NCBI GenBank assembly: GCA_045589955.1
Contig: JAZNQD010000009.1
Coordinates: 118,814-182,813, forward strand
Length of the DNA: 64,000 bases
Direction of reading: 5' to 3'
Source of the DNA: Bacilli bacterium
Lineage (GTDB): Bacteria > Bacillota_I > Bacilli_A > ML615J-28 > CAG-313
A model generated the notes under the pieces. That model was not told where the DNA came from, searched no databases, and worked only from the letters and a program-made list of their open reading frames with translations. This document shows, piece by piece, positions 28,471-38,766 of this stretch (its first letter is position 1; every line of letters begins with the position of its first letter). The translations under genes were made by a program, and so were the position numbers.

Positions 28471-28500
28471 AAGGGCTAACAAAAATTAGCCCTTTTTATA
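28471..28500. terminator. bidirectional rho-independent terminator
   Basis: Stem AAGGGCTAA / TTAGCCCTT with a 6-nt loop, followed by TTTTATA. Lies between convergent genes. Confidence 0.6.
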
Positions 28501-28516
28501 ATATTTATCTTTTTGT

Positions 28517-30976
28517 TTAGATATCAATTTCATCTAAAGTTTTAGTTTCAATTTCACCAGTTTCTATATTTTGTACTTTTATTTTAATATCACTGTCATC
28601 TTGTTCATTAACTAAGATATCAACAATTTTATAATCAGGTAAATCTACAGCCGGCATTTCGACGTTATCTTCCTCTGGACTATAATCTCCACCCATATCA
28701 CCTATGTTAATATCTCCAAAAGAAGCCGCTGGACTATCGATATTAGGTTCAGCAGCTAAATCTATATCAGGTCCATCATTCGTTGTTTCTGGAGCTTCTG
28801 GTGAGGCATCTGGAGTAGTTTCTGGTTGTGCTGATGCTTGATTATTTAAATTTGTTGCAAAATCTTCTGGTTTATCATCTTCTGTTAAAGTGATATCCTT
28901 TGAATCATTATCTAATATTTTAGAAAATTCATCTTTGAAGCAAGCTTCTGTCTTTACTTTTAATACCGGAAGAACAGCACCTACACCATCACTTAAATTT
29001 AATTCAGCATTTTTAATTGCTTCCATTGTTTTATCGATTAAAGCATTAAATTCTTTTGGACTAAGTGTGTTTTTATATCCCATTAATTCTTCAACAACTT
29101 GTGTATCTGTTGCAAAGTCATTTTCTAGCATATCATCAAAGTGTTTGATAATAGCATCTAAATCTGTTAAATTTTTATTAGTTTCTATTTCAGATTTAGC
29201 AGCATTTAAAGGCTCTAACCACGATGGATTTTTAATAGTAGAATATTTATTATTTCTAAACCATTGGTCATAAGCTTTATATTGTGCTTCATTATGATCT
29301 GAGCGTTTAGCGTAGTCAGCAGCAGTACGTTCAGGAAAATTTGGGTCCTGTTTAAATTTTTTACTTAAAACATCTTCATCTGGATTAATATCTAACCCGT
29401 GTGTAGGATTGACTACTTTTGTAACGTAATCGTGGAATTCTTTTTTATTTAAAGCTTTACCTGTTTTAGGGTCAAGATATTTTTTAAATAATTTCATCCA
29501 ACTATCATGTACAGCATTAATCATCATTTCTCTGTTAAATGCTGCTTTAGCTAATTCTTCATGTTCAGCTGCTTTTGGATCTAATTGTAATCCATATTTA
29601 CCGTTTTTATCTTTAGTGCTTAACCATTTTAAATATTCTTTAGCCATATCTAAAGGTTTTGCATACGAAACATTTTCAAAGGGTGTACCAGGATAACCGC
29701 GAACTTCTTTTATGTCTTGTTCTTCGGTTAAACTTTCTTCTTTTTTATCGCCTGTATATTGAACAGCTGCTCCTAAACCAGCAGTAGTTACTCCACCAAA
29801 ACATTCATTCATATTATCTAATTGAATAGGTTTTAATGGAGCTTCTGTATCGTGAATAGCATAAATAGCATCTAATATATTCATTGCTTCATCACGAGAC
29901 ATAAATGTTGCAGCTTGAGAAATATTATTAGTTAAAAGATTACCTTCTTCCCATTCTGAATTTAGATATAGGTTTTCATCTTTATTGGCATCTTCATAGC
30001 TCAAATACCAATTTACGCTATCAGCAAACGGAAAGTCTCTAATTATTTCTTCATCTGGATCTTTTTTGTTTGGATTCATAAATTGTGTAGCGTATTTATA
30101 AGCATCTCTACCCATTTTACCAGGTTTTTTAGTATTTTGCATTTTAGCGTTATACAAATCTTCTTGAGTAAATGGTCTAGTGTCTCCGATTTTATCTCCA
30201 GCAGAAGTAGTTTTTGTATTTAAAATTTTATACCAAGGACTAGAAGGTTTGATGTTTAATCCTAAATTACGACGATTTGTAGGTATTTCTTCATCATCTT
30301 CTTCTGTTAAGTCAGCACTTTCAGCTTTACCCCACATTACTTCTTGTAATTGAGATACTAAATTACCTAAAAGTTCTTTAGCTTTTAACTCATCTATTTC
30401 TTCGTGTTCAAATGAGTTATATATTTCGTGAGCTTTTTTAAATAACCAACTACCAGAACCAACGTTTGAAATAATGAATTGAAATTGTTGCCATGGATGT
30501 ACATCAGATGTATATTCGGTACCTTCATGTAATTTAATGTTTTTTGGTAAAGGTAGATTATTTGATTTTAACCAGGCGTGTAATTCAGCAACAGAATCGA
30601 ATATTTTAACCTTACCATCCATAGATAAACATAATTTTGCATTTTGTTTAAATATTCTGGCGTTTTTATTTTTTAAGATTGCTGTGTTACCTTCTTCGTT
30701 GATTTTCCAATTACCAGCATCTTCGTCAGTATTTAATTTTTTAATTTGATTTAAAATAGATTGTAATTCATCAGATACTTCTAAAGACTGTGTAATTTTA
30801 TCTATTGCTTGTTTAGTTAAAGCATCTTTATCTACGTTTTGAGGATTTGTATCTTCATCATCAAACATATTAAGATCTGGTTTATTTGGATTAAAAGCAT
30901 CTTGTTTTTTAGCAATAGATAAGTATTTTTCTTCTGCTTCTAACAAGGCTTTAGCAAGTCTAGATTTGTTTGTCAT
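28517..30976 (-). CDS. large hypothetical protein (819 aa), acidic C-terminus
   Basis: Long uninterrupted ORF, translationally coupled (TAATG) to the 30976 gene. No motif recognised. Confidence 0.55.
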   Translation of the reverse strand: MTNKSRLAKALLEAEEKYLSIAKKQDAFNPNKPDLNMFDDEDTNPQNVDKDALTKQAIDKITQSLEVSDELQSILNQIKKLNTDEDAGNWKINEEGNTAILKNKNARIFKQNAKLCLSMDGKVKIFDSVAELHAWLKSNNLPLPKNIKLHEGTEYTSDVHPWQQFQFIISNVGSGSWLFKKAHEIYNSFEHEEIDELKAKELLGNLVSQLQEVMWGKAESADLTEEDDEEIPTNRRNLGLNIKPSSPWYKILNTKTTSAGDKIGDTRPFTQEDLYNAKMQNTKKPGKMGRDAYKYATQFMNPNKKDPDEEIIRDFPFADSVNWYLSYEDANKDENLYLNSEWEEGNLLTNNISQAATFMSRDEAMNILDAIYAIHDTEAPLKPIQLDNMNECFGGVTTAGLGAAVQYTGDKKEESLTEEQDIKEVRGYPGTPFENVSYAKPLDMAKEYLKWLSTKDKNGKYGLQLDPKAAEHEELAKAAFNREMMINAVHDSWMKLFKKYLDPKTGKALNKKEFHDYVTKVVNPTHGLDINPDEDVLSKKFKQDPNFPERTAADYAKRSDHNEAQYKAYDQWFRNNKYSTIKNPSWLEPLNAAKSEIETNKNLTDLDAIIKHFDDMLENDFATDTQVVEELMGYKNTLSPKEFNALIDKTMEAIKNAELNLSDGVGAVLPVLKVKTEACFKDEFSKILDNDSKDITLTEDDKPEDFATNLNNQASAQPETTPDASPEAPETTNDGPDIDLAAEPNIDSPAASFGDINIGDMGGDYSPEEDNVEMPAVDLPDYKIVDILVNEQDDSDIKIKVQNIETGEIETKTLDEIDI

Positions 30977-31518
30977 TACAATATACTCTTATTATAATTA
31001 GTTTTAACTCTATTTAAATATTCTGAGAAAGATTCATTTACATTGGCTTTGAGATAATCATAATTCTTTTTCTTTGAATTTTTCCATTTTTGTAACCAAT
31101 CTTCTTCGCATAATGTAGATTCTGCTGCAACTTCAGAAGCAAATCTATCTTCTCTTTCTAAATATTTAGCATACATAAATACATCATTCATAGGAATACG
31201 AATCTTACCTTTTTTAGATGTATTAAATACTAAATCATCTTCTCTGTTTGCAAATTCTAATATTTTTGCGAAATCATCATTATCGATATAAGACCTAGCT
31301 AAAGTTGCTACAGCATTTGTTGTATCGCTAGGGTCGGTAATTAAACTGTCAATGTAATCACTAGTTGCCGTATCAAAAATGTATTGTTTATTTCCATTTT
31401 TCATTGGGCGAACTTGAATGGCTTCATTTGAGTTAGTAGTAATATCCATTCTTTGAGGATCTAACAAATCACCTTGTGAATGAATATCTTCTTTGATATC
31501 ATTTAAATTTTGATCCAT
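30976..31518 (-). CDS. hypothetical protein
   Basis: 180 aa. SD AAAGG. Confidence 0.5.
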   Translation of the reverse strand: MDQNLNDIKEDIHSQGDLLDPQRMDITTNSNEAIQVRPMKNGNKQYIFDTATSDYIDSLITDPSDTTNAVATLARSYIDNDDFAKILEFANREDDLVFNTSKKGKIRIPMNDVFMYAKYLEREDRFASEVAAESTLCEEDWLQKWKNSKKKNYDYLKANVNESFSEYLNRVKTNYNKSIL

Positions 31519-31554
31519 TGGTATACCTTTTTATGTTTTTTTTTAATGCTTGTT

Positions 31555-31563
31555 TATTAGAAC
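31555..31563 (-). promoter_or_regulatory. variant copy of the AGTTCTA motif (minus-strand GTTCTAATA), about 40 nt upstream of 31518
   Basis: Plus-strand tattagaac. GTTCTAATA matches the downstream portion of the 41814 copy (aaGTTCTAATA). Confidence 0.25.
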
Positions 31564-31660
31564 ATTTTTATAATGAATTGGAAATATTTATAAAAATTGC
31601 CATAAGTACCTGGTGTTCAAATAAATAACTTAAGTATTTTAAGCGAAAAAAGGAGTAAAA

Positions 31661-32362
31661 ATGTCTTGGAACGGTAATAACGAATCGCTTACTTTTCAAT
31701 CTTATAAAAATTATATGTATGGTGATAAAGTATTTATATTAGATGAGATAACTTCAGATAATTGTGCGTATTTAATTGGTGATTTAACTCAATATGTTTT
31801 AAGTGAAGCAAATATGGGCAAAAAGCTAATGTTTGTTATAAATAGTCCAGGTGGTGATGTTAGTGTAATGATTACCATATTGGGTTTAATGAATATGGCA
31901 CGTTTAAATAATATTCAAATTTATACTTTTGTTTTAGGTTCAGCTGGTAGTGCCGCTTCTGTATTAGCCGCTAACGGTGACCAACGTATGATAAATCGTT
32001 TATCTAAGCATTTTATTCATTTTGGTTGTATTTGGGACGTTACTACTAAGCATAGTGAAATTGAAAAAGCTTACGTTCAGAACAAAGAATATGCGGAAAA
32101 TATGACAAAATTATATTTAGATGCGTGTAAAGGTAAATTAAAATTAGAAAAATTATTAGAAATTCAAGCAGACGAACGAGGATATTTAAACGCTGAACAA
32201 TGCTTAAAGTACGGTTTATGCGATTTAATTATAGAAGATGATTTAGATACAAAACTTAAAAAAGAAGAAGAATTTGCTGAATTTGAAGATACTTTTGACG
32301 ATTGGTTAAAAGCTAAGAATAAAAAATCATCTAAAAAACCCGCAAGAAAAACAGGTAAATAA
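31661..32362 (+). CDS. ClpP-family serine protease (possible prohead protease)
   Basis: INSPGGDV, GSAASVLAANGD (catalytic Ser context), IHFG His, YGLCDLII. These align with ClpP INSPGG / GqAASmG / IHQP / YGLVDsIL. Lys-rich C-terminal tail. SD AAAGGAG. Confidence 0.75.
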   Translation: MSWNGNNESLTFQSYKNYMYGDKVFILDEITSDNCAYLIGDLTQYVLSEANMGKKLMFVINSPGGDVSVMITILGLMNMARLNNIQIYTFVLGSAGSAASVLAANGDQRMINRLSKHFIHFGCIWDVTTKHSEIEKAYVQNKEYAENMTKLYLDACKGKLKLEKLLEIQADERGYLNAEQCLKYGLCDLIIEDDLDTKLKKEEEFAEFEDTFDDWLKAKNKKSSKKPARKTGK

Positions 32363-32364
32363 AT

Positions 32365-33861
32365 ATGGATAAGCAAGCGATTTTACAATATTATAATGAT
32401 TTATGTACATCTATTGGGCATAAATTATCAAGAGCTGAATATAGAGAAGTTAAGCCGATATATACTTCTTCTTTGATTGAAAAGTTATGGGGTAATTGGA
32501 CTAATTTTGTTAATAGTGCTATTGTAGATGTAATTGTTACACGTAAAGATGTTCGGCGTGTTATTTCAGCTAAGAAAGATAAAGTTGTAGTATCTTATGT
32601 TAACGATGGTTCGGTAGTTAATTGGGAAGTATTTGAAACTCTTGAAAATTATTGTAAAGAAAATAAAGCAGAATTGGTCCTTTTATGGGGTAAAAATATT
32701 AGACACGATGATAGATTTACCGAAGAGGCTTTTCTTAGACTACAGCCATATTTGGTAACTAAACTTACATTTGAGAAAGATCCTTATTGTATAGTACAAG
32801 ATTTTCTTATTTCACCTACACAAAAGAATCCGTTGTTGAATCTTGATAAACTGTCCACGGATATCAAAACAATAGTAGTTGGTTCAAATAAACAATACTT
32901 GAGAATTTTACCGTATAAACAATATTCGACTTATAGAGTAGCTTGTTCAACAGGTAGTATATCATCTATTGATTACAGAGAAACCGTATCTGGACAAATT
33001 GATTCAAAATATCATAAATTTGGAGCAATTTTATTAGATTGGAATGAAAAACAAGAAAGATATGTTATCCGTAATCTTATTTATAAAAACGGTTGTATTT
33101 GTGATTTAAATAAAAAATATACGACAGATAAGGTAACTAAAATTGATACTTTACCTGCAATGGTTTTAGGCGATTTGCATTTACCAGATGAAGATACAGA
33201 TGCTTTGAGTGATACTATTAAATTTATTAACAAGTATAAACCAAAAGAAGTTATGTTACACGATTTAGCTTCTTGGAATAGCATCTCACATCATTGTTTT
33301 AATCATTATTTATCAAAAGTTATGAATGATACACCGGAAACATCAGATTTACAAACAGAAATAGATGCTGTTGTAGAGCGTTTAACTAAATTTATCAAAG
33401 CTTGTCCTGATAGTAAGTTTAAAGTAGTTAATTCAAATCATGACGCATTTATCGAAAAGTGGTTAGAAGCTGGTGAATTTGTAAAAGATAAACAAAACGC
33501 TGTTCTTGGTGCTAAGTTATTTATAGAATATGCACAAGGACGTAGTATTTTTGACATGTTTTTACCTAAAAATTGCGTAGCTTTAGCAAAAAATACTAGT
33601 TTTGAAGTAAATGGCTTTGAATTAAGTGAACATGGTGACGCTGGTATATCTGGTTTTAGAGGAAATGTTAATTCCTTTAATAAAACTTTTGAGAATTGTA
33701 TTTGTGGTCATACCCATAGTCCAGAAATCTTTGAAAAAACCGTTTATGTCGGAACCTTATCTAAATTAAAATTGAATTATAATCAAAAAGGTATGACAAA
33801 ATGGGTCCATTGTAATGCAATAATACAAGAAAATGGAAGTTTTCAATTAATTTTTGTGTAA
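32365..33861 (+). CDS. protein with C-terminal calcineurin-like metallophosphoesterase motifs
   Basis: Ordered GDLH ... NHD ... GHTH motifs (VLGDLHLPDEDTD, SNHDAF, CGHTHSP). Confidence 0.45.
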   Translation: MDKQAILQYYNDLCTSIGHKLSRAEYREVKPIYTSSLIEKLWGNWTNFVNSAIVDVIVTRKDVRRVISAKKDKVVVSYVNDGSVVNWEVFETLENYCKENKAELVLLWGKNIRHDDRFTEEAFLRLQPYLVTKLTFEKDPYCIVQDFLISPTQKNPLLNLDKLSTDIKTIVVGSNKQYLRILPYKQYSTYRVACSTGSISSIDYRETVSGQIDSKYHKFGAILLDWNEKQERYVIRNLIYKNGCICDLNKKYTTDKVTKIDTLPAMVLGDLHLPDEDTDALSDTIKFINKYKPKEVMLHDLASWNSISHHCFNHYLSKVMNDTPETSDLQTEIDAVVERLTKFIKACPDSKFKVVNSNHDAFIEKWLEAGEFVKDKQNAVLGAKLFIEYAQGRSIFDMFLPKNCVALAKNTSFEVNGFELSEHGDAGISGFRGNVNSFNKTFENCICGHTHSPEIFEKTVYVGTLSKLKLNYNQKGMTKWVHCNAIIQENGSFQLIFV

Positions 33862-33902
33862 GGTTTAGTATTCTATTATATACGTTTAAAAAGGAGTATA
33901 CT

Positions 33903-34100
33903 ATGGCTGAAAATACTGTCAAAAAACAGACAAAAAAGAAAAAAGTAGTTAAAAAAAGCGAAAATGTTAATAAAAAGCTGAAAAAAGAAGAGATTGAAGA
34001 AGAATTTGGTAAATCAACTGTTAAATGGGAACCGGTTTCAAATTTAGATAAGAAAAAAGGCAATTTCTTTTCTAACGCATTAAAATTTTTAGGTTTTTAA
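33903..34100 (+). CDS. small Lys-rich protein (65 aa)
   Basis: Strong SD AAAGGAG. Composition KKKKVVKK, suggesting nucleic-acid binding. Confidence 0.45.
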   Translation: MAENTVKKQTKKKKVVKKSENVNKKLKKEEIEEEFGKSTVKWEPVSNLDKKKGNFFSNALKFLGF

Positions 34101-34113
34101 AAAGGAGAGAACT

Positions 34114-34329
34114 ATGCAACTGTTTGTTGGAAAGCATTGTATTCCGTGTAAAAATTTAAAAGCACGCTTACAAGAAGAAAACATTGTAGTTGAGCAAATA
34201 ATAGCTGAAGAAAATCAAGAATTGGCAAAAAAGTTTAATGTTAAAGTTTTGCCTACCTTGGTTTTAGATGATGGATCACTGGTTAAAGGCGGTGATGAAA
34301 TTTATGAATGTCTGAAAGGGAGTTTATAA
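34114..34329 (+). CDS. glutaredoxin/NrdH-like redoxin
   Basis: 71 aa with a CIPC (CxxC) active site near the N-terminus and a VLPTLVLDDG...GGDEI pattern typical of small glutaredoxins. SD AAAGGAG. Confidence 0.6.
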   Translation: MQLFVGKHCIPCKNLKARLQEENIVVEQIIAEENQELAKKFNVKVLPTLVLDDGSLVKGGDEIYECLKGSL

Positions 34330-34652
34330 TGTCAGATAAGAAAATTTATATAGCTTTGGGACCAAATGTTTTTGTGAAAGAAGCTGAAAAAGAAGTTAAA
34401 AAGGGCGATTGGATTATTCCTGATTCCTTAGATGTGGATTTTACTTTTGGCGAAGTAATTTCTTGTAGTGAAGGTTATTTTGAAAAAGGTAGCTTTATTC
34501 CAGCAAATGTACGTATTGGTGATAAGGTTGCATTTCCTAAAGTATCCGGTACAAAAGTTACATTTAATGGTCAAAAATTAATTCGTGTTTATATGGCAGA
34601 TATTGTCGCTAAAGAAGTATCTGGTGAAATCTTAGAAGATGAAAAGGAATAA
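34329..34652 (+). CDS. groES: co-chaperonin GroES (Cpn10)
   Basis: About 107 aa immediately upstream of GroEL. IALGPNVFVKEAEKE...GDKVAF...G..V pattern. ATG at 34329 has SD AAAGGGAG (the track ORF starts 21 nt earlier). Confidence 0.65.
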   Translation: MSDKKIYIALGPNVFVKEAEKEVKKGDWIIPDSLDVDFTFGEVISCSEGYFEKGSFIPANVRIGDKVAFPKVSGTKVTFNGQKLIRVYMADIVAKEVSGEILEDEKE

Positions 34653-34655
34653 TAC

Positions 34656-36302
34656 ATGAGTACATCTGCTTATTTTAATAAAGAAACAGAAAAGTATTTG
34701 GTTGATGGTCTAAATTTAGTAGCAAATGCTGTTAAGTCAACCTTAGGTCCAGCTGGTAATACTGTAGTTATTCAACGTGAAGATAAAACCCCATTAATTA
34801 CTAAAGATGGTGTTTCTGTTGCTAAAGAAGTTAAACCGAAAGATGAAAAAGTTAAATTAGGTGCAGACTTAGCGATTTCTTTGGCTCAAAAACAAATGAA
34901 TAACTGTGGTGATGGTACTACAACTGCAACTGTTTTAGGTCAAGCTATTGTAAACAGTGGCGTACGTTTGATTGAATTGAGTGAAAACAAAGTAAATCGC
35001 ACTTCTTTACGTAAAGGTATTGAAAAAGCTAAAGATTATGTAATTGGGCAATTAAATACTTTGGGTAGAGAAATTAAAACTGATGAAGAATTAGTTAATA
35101 TTGCAACAGTTTCTGCAAACGGTGATGAAAAATTAGGTAAAATTGTAGCCGAAGCTTATAGAAAAGTTGGAAAAGCTGGTGTAGTATTAGTCGAAGAAAC
35201 TAAAGACAGAGAAATTAGACTTGATTTTAAAGAAGGTATGACCTTAAATAAAGGTTGGACTTCACAATTTTTTGTAAATAATCATGAAGAACAAGTTGCT
35301 GAATATGATAATCCTAGAATCGTATTGTGTAATTCTAAGATTTCTAACTTGAATTCATTGATTGACGTTATTCAAGAGCCTGTTTCTAAAGGAAATCCTG
35401 TTGTTGTAATTGCAGAATCTTTTGATACAAGCGTTACTCAAGGTTTGGCTATGAATATTATTCGTTCTGGTGGTCAAATTAAAGTTGCTTGTGTTGAGGC
35501 TCCTGGATATGGGGATCGTCGTTTGGATATCTTGCGTGATTTAGGAATTTATGTTGGCGCAGATGTTGGTGATGATCCTATGGGTATCAAATTTGAATCT
35601 ATGTCTACTGCTTCATTTGGTACTTGTGAAAAAATCATCATTAAAAAAGATGAGACTATTATTCGCGGTGGTAAAGGCGATCAAACTAAAATCAATGCTA
35701 GAGTGGAAGCCATTGAAGGTTTGATTAATAATCTTAAAGAGAATGATAGTTATGAGCGTGAACAACTTGGTAAACGTTTAGCTTCTCTCACGACTGGCGT
35801 TGCTGTAATTCAAGTTGGTGGTTCTTCAGAAGAAGAAATTAAAGAATTGCGTGATAGATTAGATGATGCGCAATGGGCAGTTAAAGCAGCATTAGAAGAA
35901 GGTTATTTACCTGGTGCTGGTAATACATTGCTTCATTTATCAGAAAAAGTAGTAGACAACGTTGAAACAACTGACGTTGATGAGGCTTTGGGTGTAAATA
36001 TCTTTGCAAATGCTTTAAAAGCACCGTTTAAAACAATACTTGAGAATGCTGGTGTTAATGTAAACGGTATAATGAAGGTTGTTCTTGAAAAAGGCGATTA
36101 TAATATTGGTTATAACGCAAAAACTTTACGGGTTGTTAATTTACTAGAAAATGGTATTATCGATCCTGTTAAAGTGGTTAAAGGAACGGTTTATGCCGCT
36201 TCTTCTATTGCATCTGTAGTACTCACATCTAGCGTGATGATTTGTACAGATCCGGTTGAAAATAAAGGTTTATCCTTGAATATGATGCCGGGTATGATGT
36301 AA
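34656..36302 (+). CDS. groEL: chaperonin GroEL (Cpn60)
   Basis: GPAGNTVVI, ITKDGVSVAKEV, GDGTTTATVL, C-terminal Met-rich MMPGMM. Confidence 0.9.
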   Translation: MSTSAYFNKETEKYLVDGLNLVANAVKSTLGPAGNTVVIQREDKTPLITKDGVSVAKEVKPKDEKVKLGADLAISLAQKQMNNCGDGTTTATVLGQAIVNSGVRLIELSENKVNRTSLRKGIEKAKDYVIGQLNTLGREIKTDEELVNIATVSANGDEKLGKIVAEAYRKVGKAGVVLVEETKDREIRLDFKEGMTLNKGWTSQFFVNNHEEQVAEYDNPRIVLCNSKISNLNSLIDVIQEPVSKGNPVVVIAESFDTSVTQGLAMNIIRSGGQIKVACVEAPGYGDRRLDILRDLGIYVGADVGDDPMGIKFESMSTASFGTCEKIIIKKDETIIRGGKGDQTKINARVEAIEGLINNLKENDSYEREQLGKRLASLTTGVAVIQVGGSSEEEIKELRDRLDDAQWAVKAALEEGYLPGAGNTLLHLSEKVVDNVETTDVDEALGVNIFANALKAPFKTILENAGVNVNGIMKVVLEKGDYNIGYNAKTLRVVNLLENGIIDPVKVVKGTVYAASSIASVVLTSSVMICTDPVENKGLSLNMMPGMM

Positions 36303-36330
36303 TTTAATTTTTTGCTTTCTTCTAAATAAT

Positions 36331-36362
36331 GGGGGAATACTTTTATAGTATTCCCTTTTATA
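36331..36362 (+). terminator. rho-independent terminator after groEL
   Basis: Stem GGGAATAC / GTATTCCC with loop TTTTATA, followed by a T-run. Confidence 0.6.
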
Positions 36363-36395
36363 AATTGTTTTCTTGAATTCGGTATATGTATTTTA

Positions 36396-36402
36396 AGTTC
36401 TA
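36396..36402 (+). promoter_or_regulatory. AGTTCTA motif upstream of 36433
   Basis: Recurrent 7-mer, about 35 nt upstream of the start. Confidence 0.3.
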
Positions 36403-36432
36403 AGATATATTAGGTTTAAAAGATTGAAGAAC

Positions 36433-37563
36433 ATGGCAAAAAAACAAACTACTTCACGCTTAAAAGAAACAGATTTTTCTCAATATAACTTACGTGATGC
36501 ATATATTACGGAGCAGGCTGATTATATCGCAGCTATTCGTGATGAAGCGCTGTTTAGTAATTGGGGTATAAAAGTTTTAATAAAAATTCCTGTAGATAAT
36601 TTTGGGGATTTAGATGAAAATAATGTAGATGAATATAGCAATTTTGTAGATACAGAATGGCTTGATACTACTGAAACTGTTATACCTAAATTTACTGAAT
36701 ATCGTCAAAATATATCTGAAGAAGGTATGTCTGCAGACGGTACAGATGGTTTGTATCCATTAGAAGTATTGATACCAACTAAATTACATCTTCCTAGAAA
36801 CTCACGTATTATTTTTAGTGAGTATAATTCAAGAGAAGAACAGATTGCTAGAGAATGGGTAGTTTTAGGTACAATTCAAAAACAATTAAGTGGAAGTAAA
36901 ACATATACACGTATTGCTAATTGTGTACCTGCTCGTCAAACAATATTCAATTCATCAAATCCGAGTATTGGTACTATTTGGTTTGATAGTAAAGTAGATC
37001 ACTATTCTAACTATAACAACATTAGAGCACAAGGTATAATTTGGTTTTTACGTTCTGGTGTTTGTATGGATAAGATTTCTAAAGCTTATAAGGATTCTAT
37101 TCAAGAGCAAGTTCCAGACTTCCCAGTGTTTGATGAACAATTATTTGTTTTGTTATATTATGATGATAGAGCAAAGCACATTATTAATGCTGGTTCAGGT
37201 TTTAAAGTAGGTTCTGAGATTCCGTTGATAGATAATGACGGTAATCCTATTATGATTTTAACCGATTTTGAACAAGATATTGAAATTCCACTTACAATTA
37301 AGATAACTAAAGTCAATGCGGAAGGTGGAATAGTTGAATATAAGTTTAATACAAATAAGGGTTATACAGAATTAGGTCCAGTTGATGGAATGGTAGTTAA
37401 TGTTAATGATGCTGTTATTGAATTGGCATATACTACTTGGGATGAGAATTTATATCAAGAAACAATTGATACCGCAGTTATTGAGAATCCAAAATATATT
37501 ACTCCATATCGTATGGATGCAGTATTTAAAGCAAAGAAGATTGCCGTATCGGTTCTAAATTAA
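36433..37563 (+). CDS. hypothetical (possibly structural) protein
   Basis: Track start at 36424 is TTG; the first ATG is at 36433. 376 aa. Confidence 0.5.
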   Translation: MAKKQTTSRLKETDFSQYNLRDAYITEQADYIAAIRDEALFSNWGIKVLIKIPVDNFGDLDENNVDEYSNFVDTEWLDTTETVIPKFTEYRQNISEEGMSADGTDGLYPLEVLIPTKLHLPRNSRIIFSEYNSREEQIAREWVVLGTIQKQLSGSKTYTRIANCVPARQTIFNSSNPSIGTIWFDSKVDHYSNYNNIRAQGIIWFLRSGVCMDKISKAYKDSIQEQVPDFPVFDEQLFVLLYYDDRAKHIINAGSGFKVGSEIPLIDNDGNPIMILTDFEQDIEIPLTIKITKVNAEGGIVEYKFNTNKGYTELGPVDGMVVNVNDAVIELAYTTWDENLYQETIDTAVIENPKYITPYRMDAVFKAKKIAVSVLN

Positions 37564-37596
37564 TAAGAGAATTAAATAATTTAAAAGGTATTTGTA

Positions 37597-38052
37597 ATGG
37601 CTATTTATGGTTTGCAAACAGATTTTATGAATCAATTATTACGAGCATATTTTGGTTTTGAAGTACCAGATGGCGTACAACGTGAAATTTATGTTGGTTT
37701 AGGTTTAACACAACAAGGCGCTGCTATCAATACTGAAAATTTTGATGAAGTATTTGCTGGTAGACCTTTGGGTAATTATAAAAGAGCACGTGCTGTATTT
37801 AATCGTGCTATTAATAACGTAATTGTTAATGAAAATGAAATTGTATTTAATACAGCCGAAGAAGATTGGACAGATCAAAATCATAAAATAGAAATGCTTG
37901 GTTTATTCGATACTTTAGATTATGAAAACGAATTACATGAGTTAGTAAAGCCTTTAGTTGTATTACGCTTACCTAGATATGAAACTGTATTAAAAGGTGA
38001 AACTCTTCTTTTGTCGCCAGGTGCTATTGAATTGAGTTTAACTGATTTATAG
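37597..38052 (+). CDS. hypothetical protein (paralog of 38063..38563)
   Basis: FGFEVPDGVQREIYVGLGL; the 38063 ORF has FGIPSRNFQSTEIYVGLGI. Confidence 0.5.
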   Translation: MAIYGLQTDFMNQLLRAYFGFEVPDGVQREIYVGLGLTQQGAAINTENFDEVFAGRPLGNYKRARAVFNRAINNVIVNENEIVFNTAEEDWTDQNHKIEMLGLFDTLDYENELHELVKPLVVLRLPRYETVLKGETLLLSPGAIELSLTDL

Positions 38053-38062
38053 GAATAAAAGA

Positions 38063-38563
38063 ATGACACGTTTTATGTTATCACCTACTTTTATTGATAC
38101 CATTTTAGATAATAGCTTTGGTATACCTAGTAGAAATTTTCAATCTACTGAAATTTATGTTGGTTTAGGTATTGAATTCGATGAAGAAAAGTTTGAATTC
38201 ACTAAAGAGCCTGTAAGTAAAGGTTATACGATAGTTTCGAATCCAGTTACATTTAATGAGCCAGTCAACGGGATTTTGAGAAACGCTGAAGCTATTGAGT
38301 GGGATAAAGCTACTCAAGATTGGACAACTGGTGATGAAAAAATAAAATATATTGGTTTATACTATCGTTTATATAATGAGAATTCGAGTGGAGCAAGTGG
38401 AAGTTATACTGAAACTGAAGAAACTTCTTTGGATGATACCGCTCCAGAATATAATTATGAATTACTCGCTGTTTTACCATTAGTTCCAAGTGAAACAGTA
38501 TTAATGAATGAAAAAATGGTTTTGAATGCAAATGCTATTCAAATTCGTTTAGCTAATAGATAG
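38063..38563 (+). CDS. hypothetical protein (paralog of 37597..38052)
   Basis: Shared N-terminal motif and a shared C-terminal pattern (...LLLSPGAIELSLTDL / ...VLNANAIQIRLANR). Confidence 0.5.
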   Translation: MTRFMLSPTFIDTILDNSFGIPSRNFQSTEIYVGLGIEFDEEKFEFTKEPVSKGYTIVSNPVTFNEPVNGILRNAEAIEWDKATQDWTTGDEKIKYIGLYYRLYNENSSGASGSYTETEETSLDDTAPEYNYELLAVLPLVPSETVLMNEKMVLNANAIQIRLANR

Positions 38564-38574
38564 GAGTTAATTTA

Positions 38575-38760
38575 ATGACTGAAAAGACTAGATTAATCAT
38601 CGCTGAATCTACTAAAGATTTTGTAGAAAAAGAATTGGATGAAAATTTAGAAGAATTAAGCGAAGAAGAAATTATCAGTAGATTAAAACAATCTAAATTT
38701 GTTACAACAAAAGTTGAATCAACTGGTGAAATTAAAATTCGTCGTGTATTGAATGGATAA
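38575..38760 (+). CDS. small acidic protein (61 aa)
   Basis: SD AGGAG. Confidence 0.4.
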   Translation: MTEKTRLIIAESTKDFVEKELDENLEELSEEEIISRLKQSKFVTTKVESTGEIKIRRVLNG

Positions 38761-38766
38761 CGCATA

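Noticed and set aside
34656-36302. Possibility that GroES/GroEL indicates a bacterial chromosome or prophage boundary
   Set aside because: The genes are tightly embedded between phage-type genes (ClpP-like protease, portal, structural proteins) on one coding strand, with the same AT content and motif usage. A phage-encoded chaperonin is the simpler reading.
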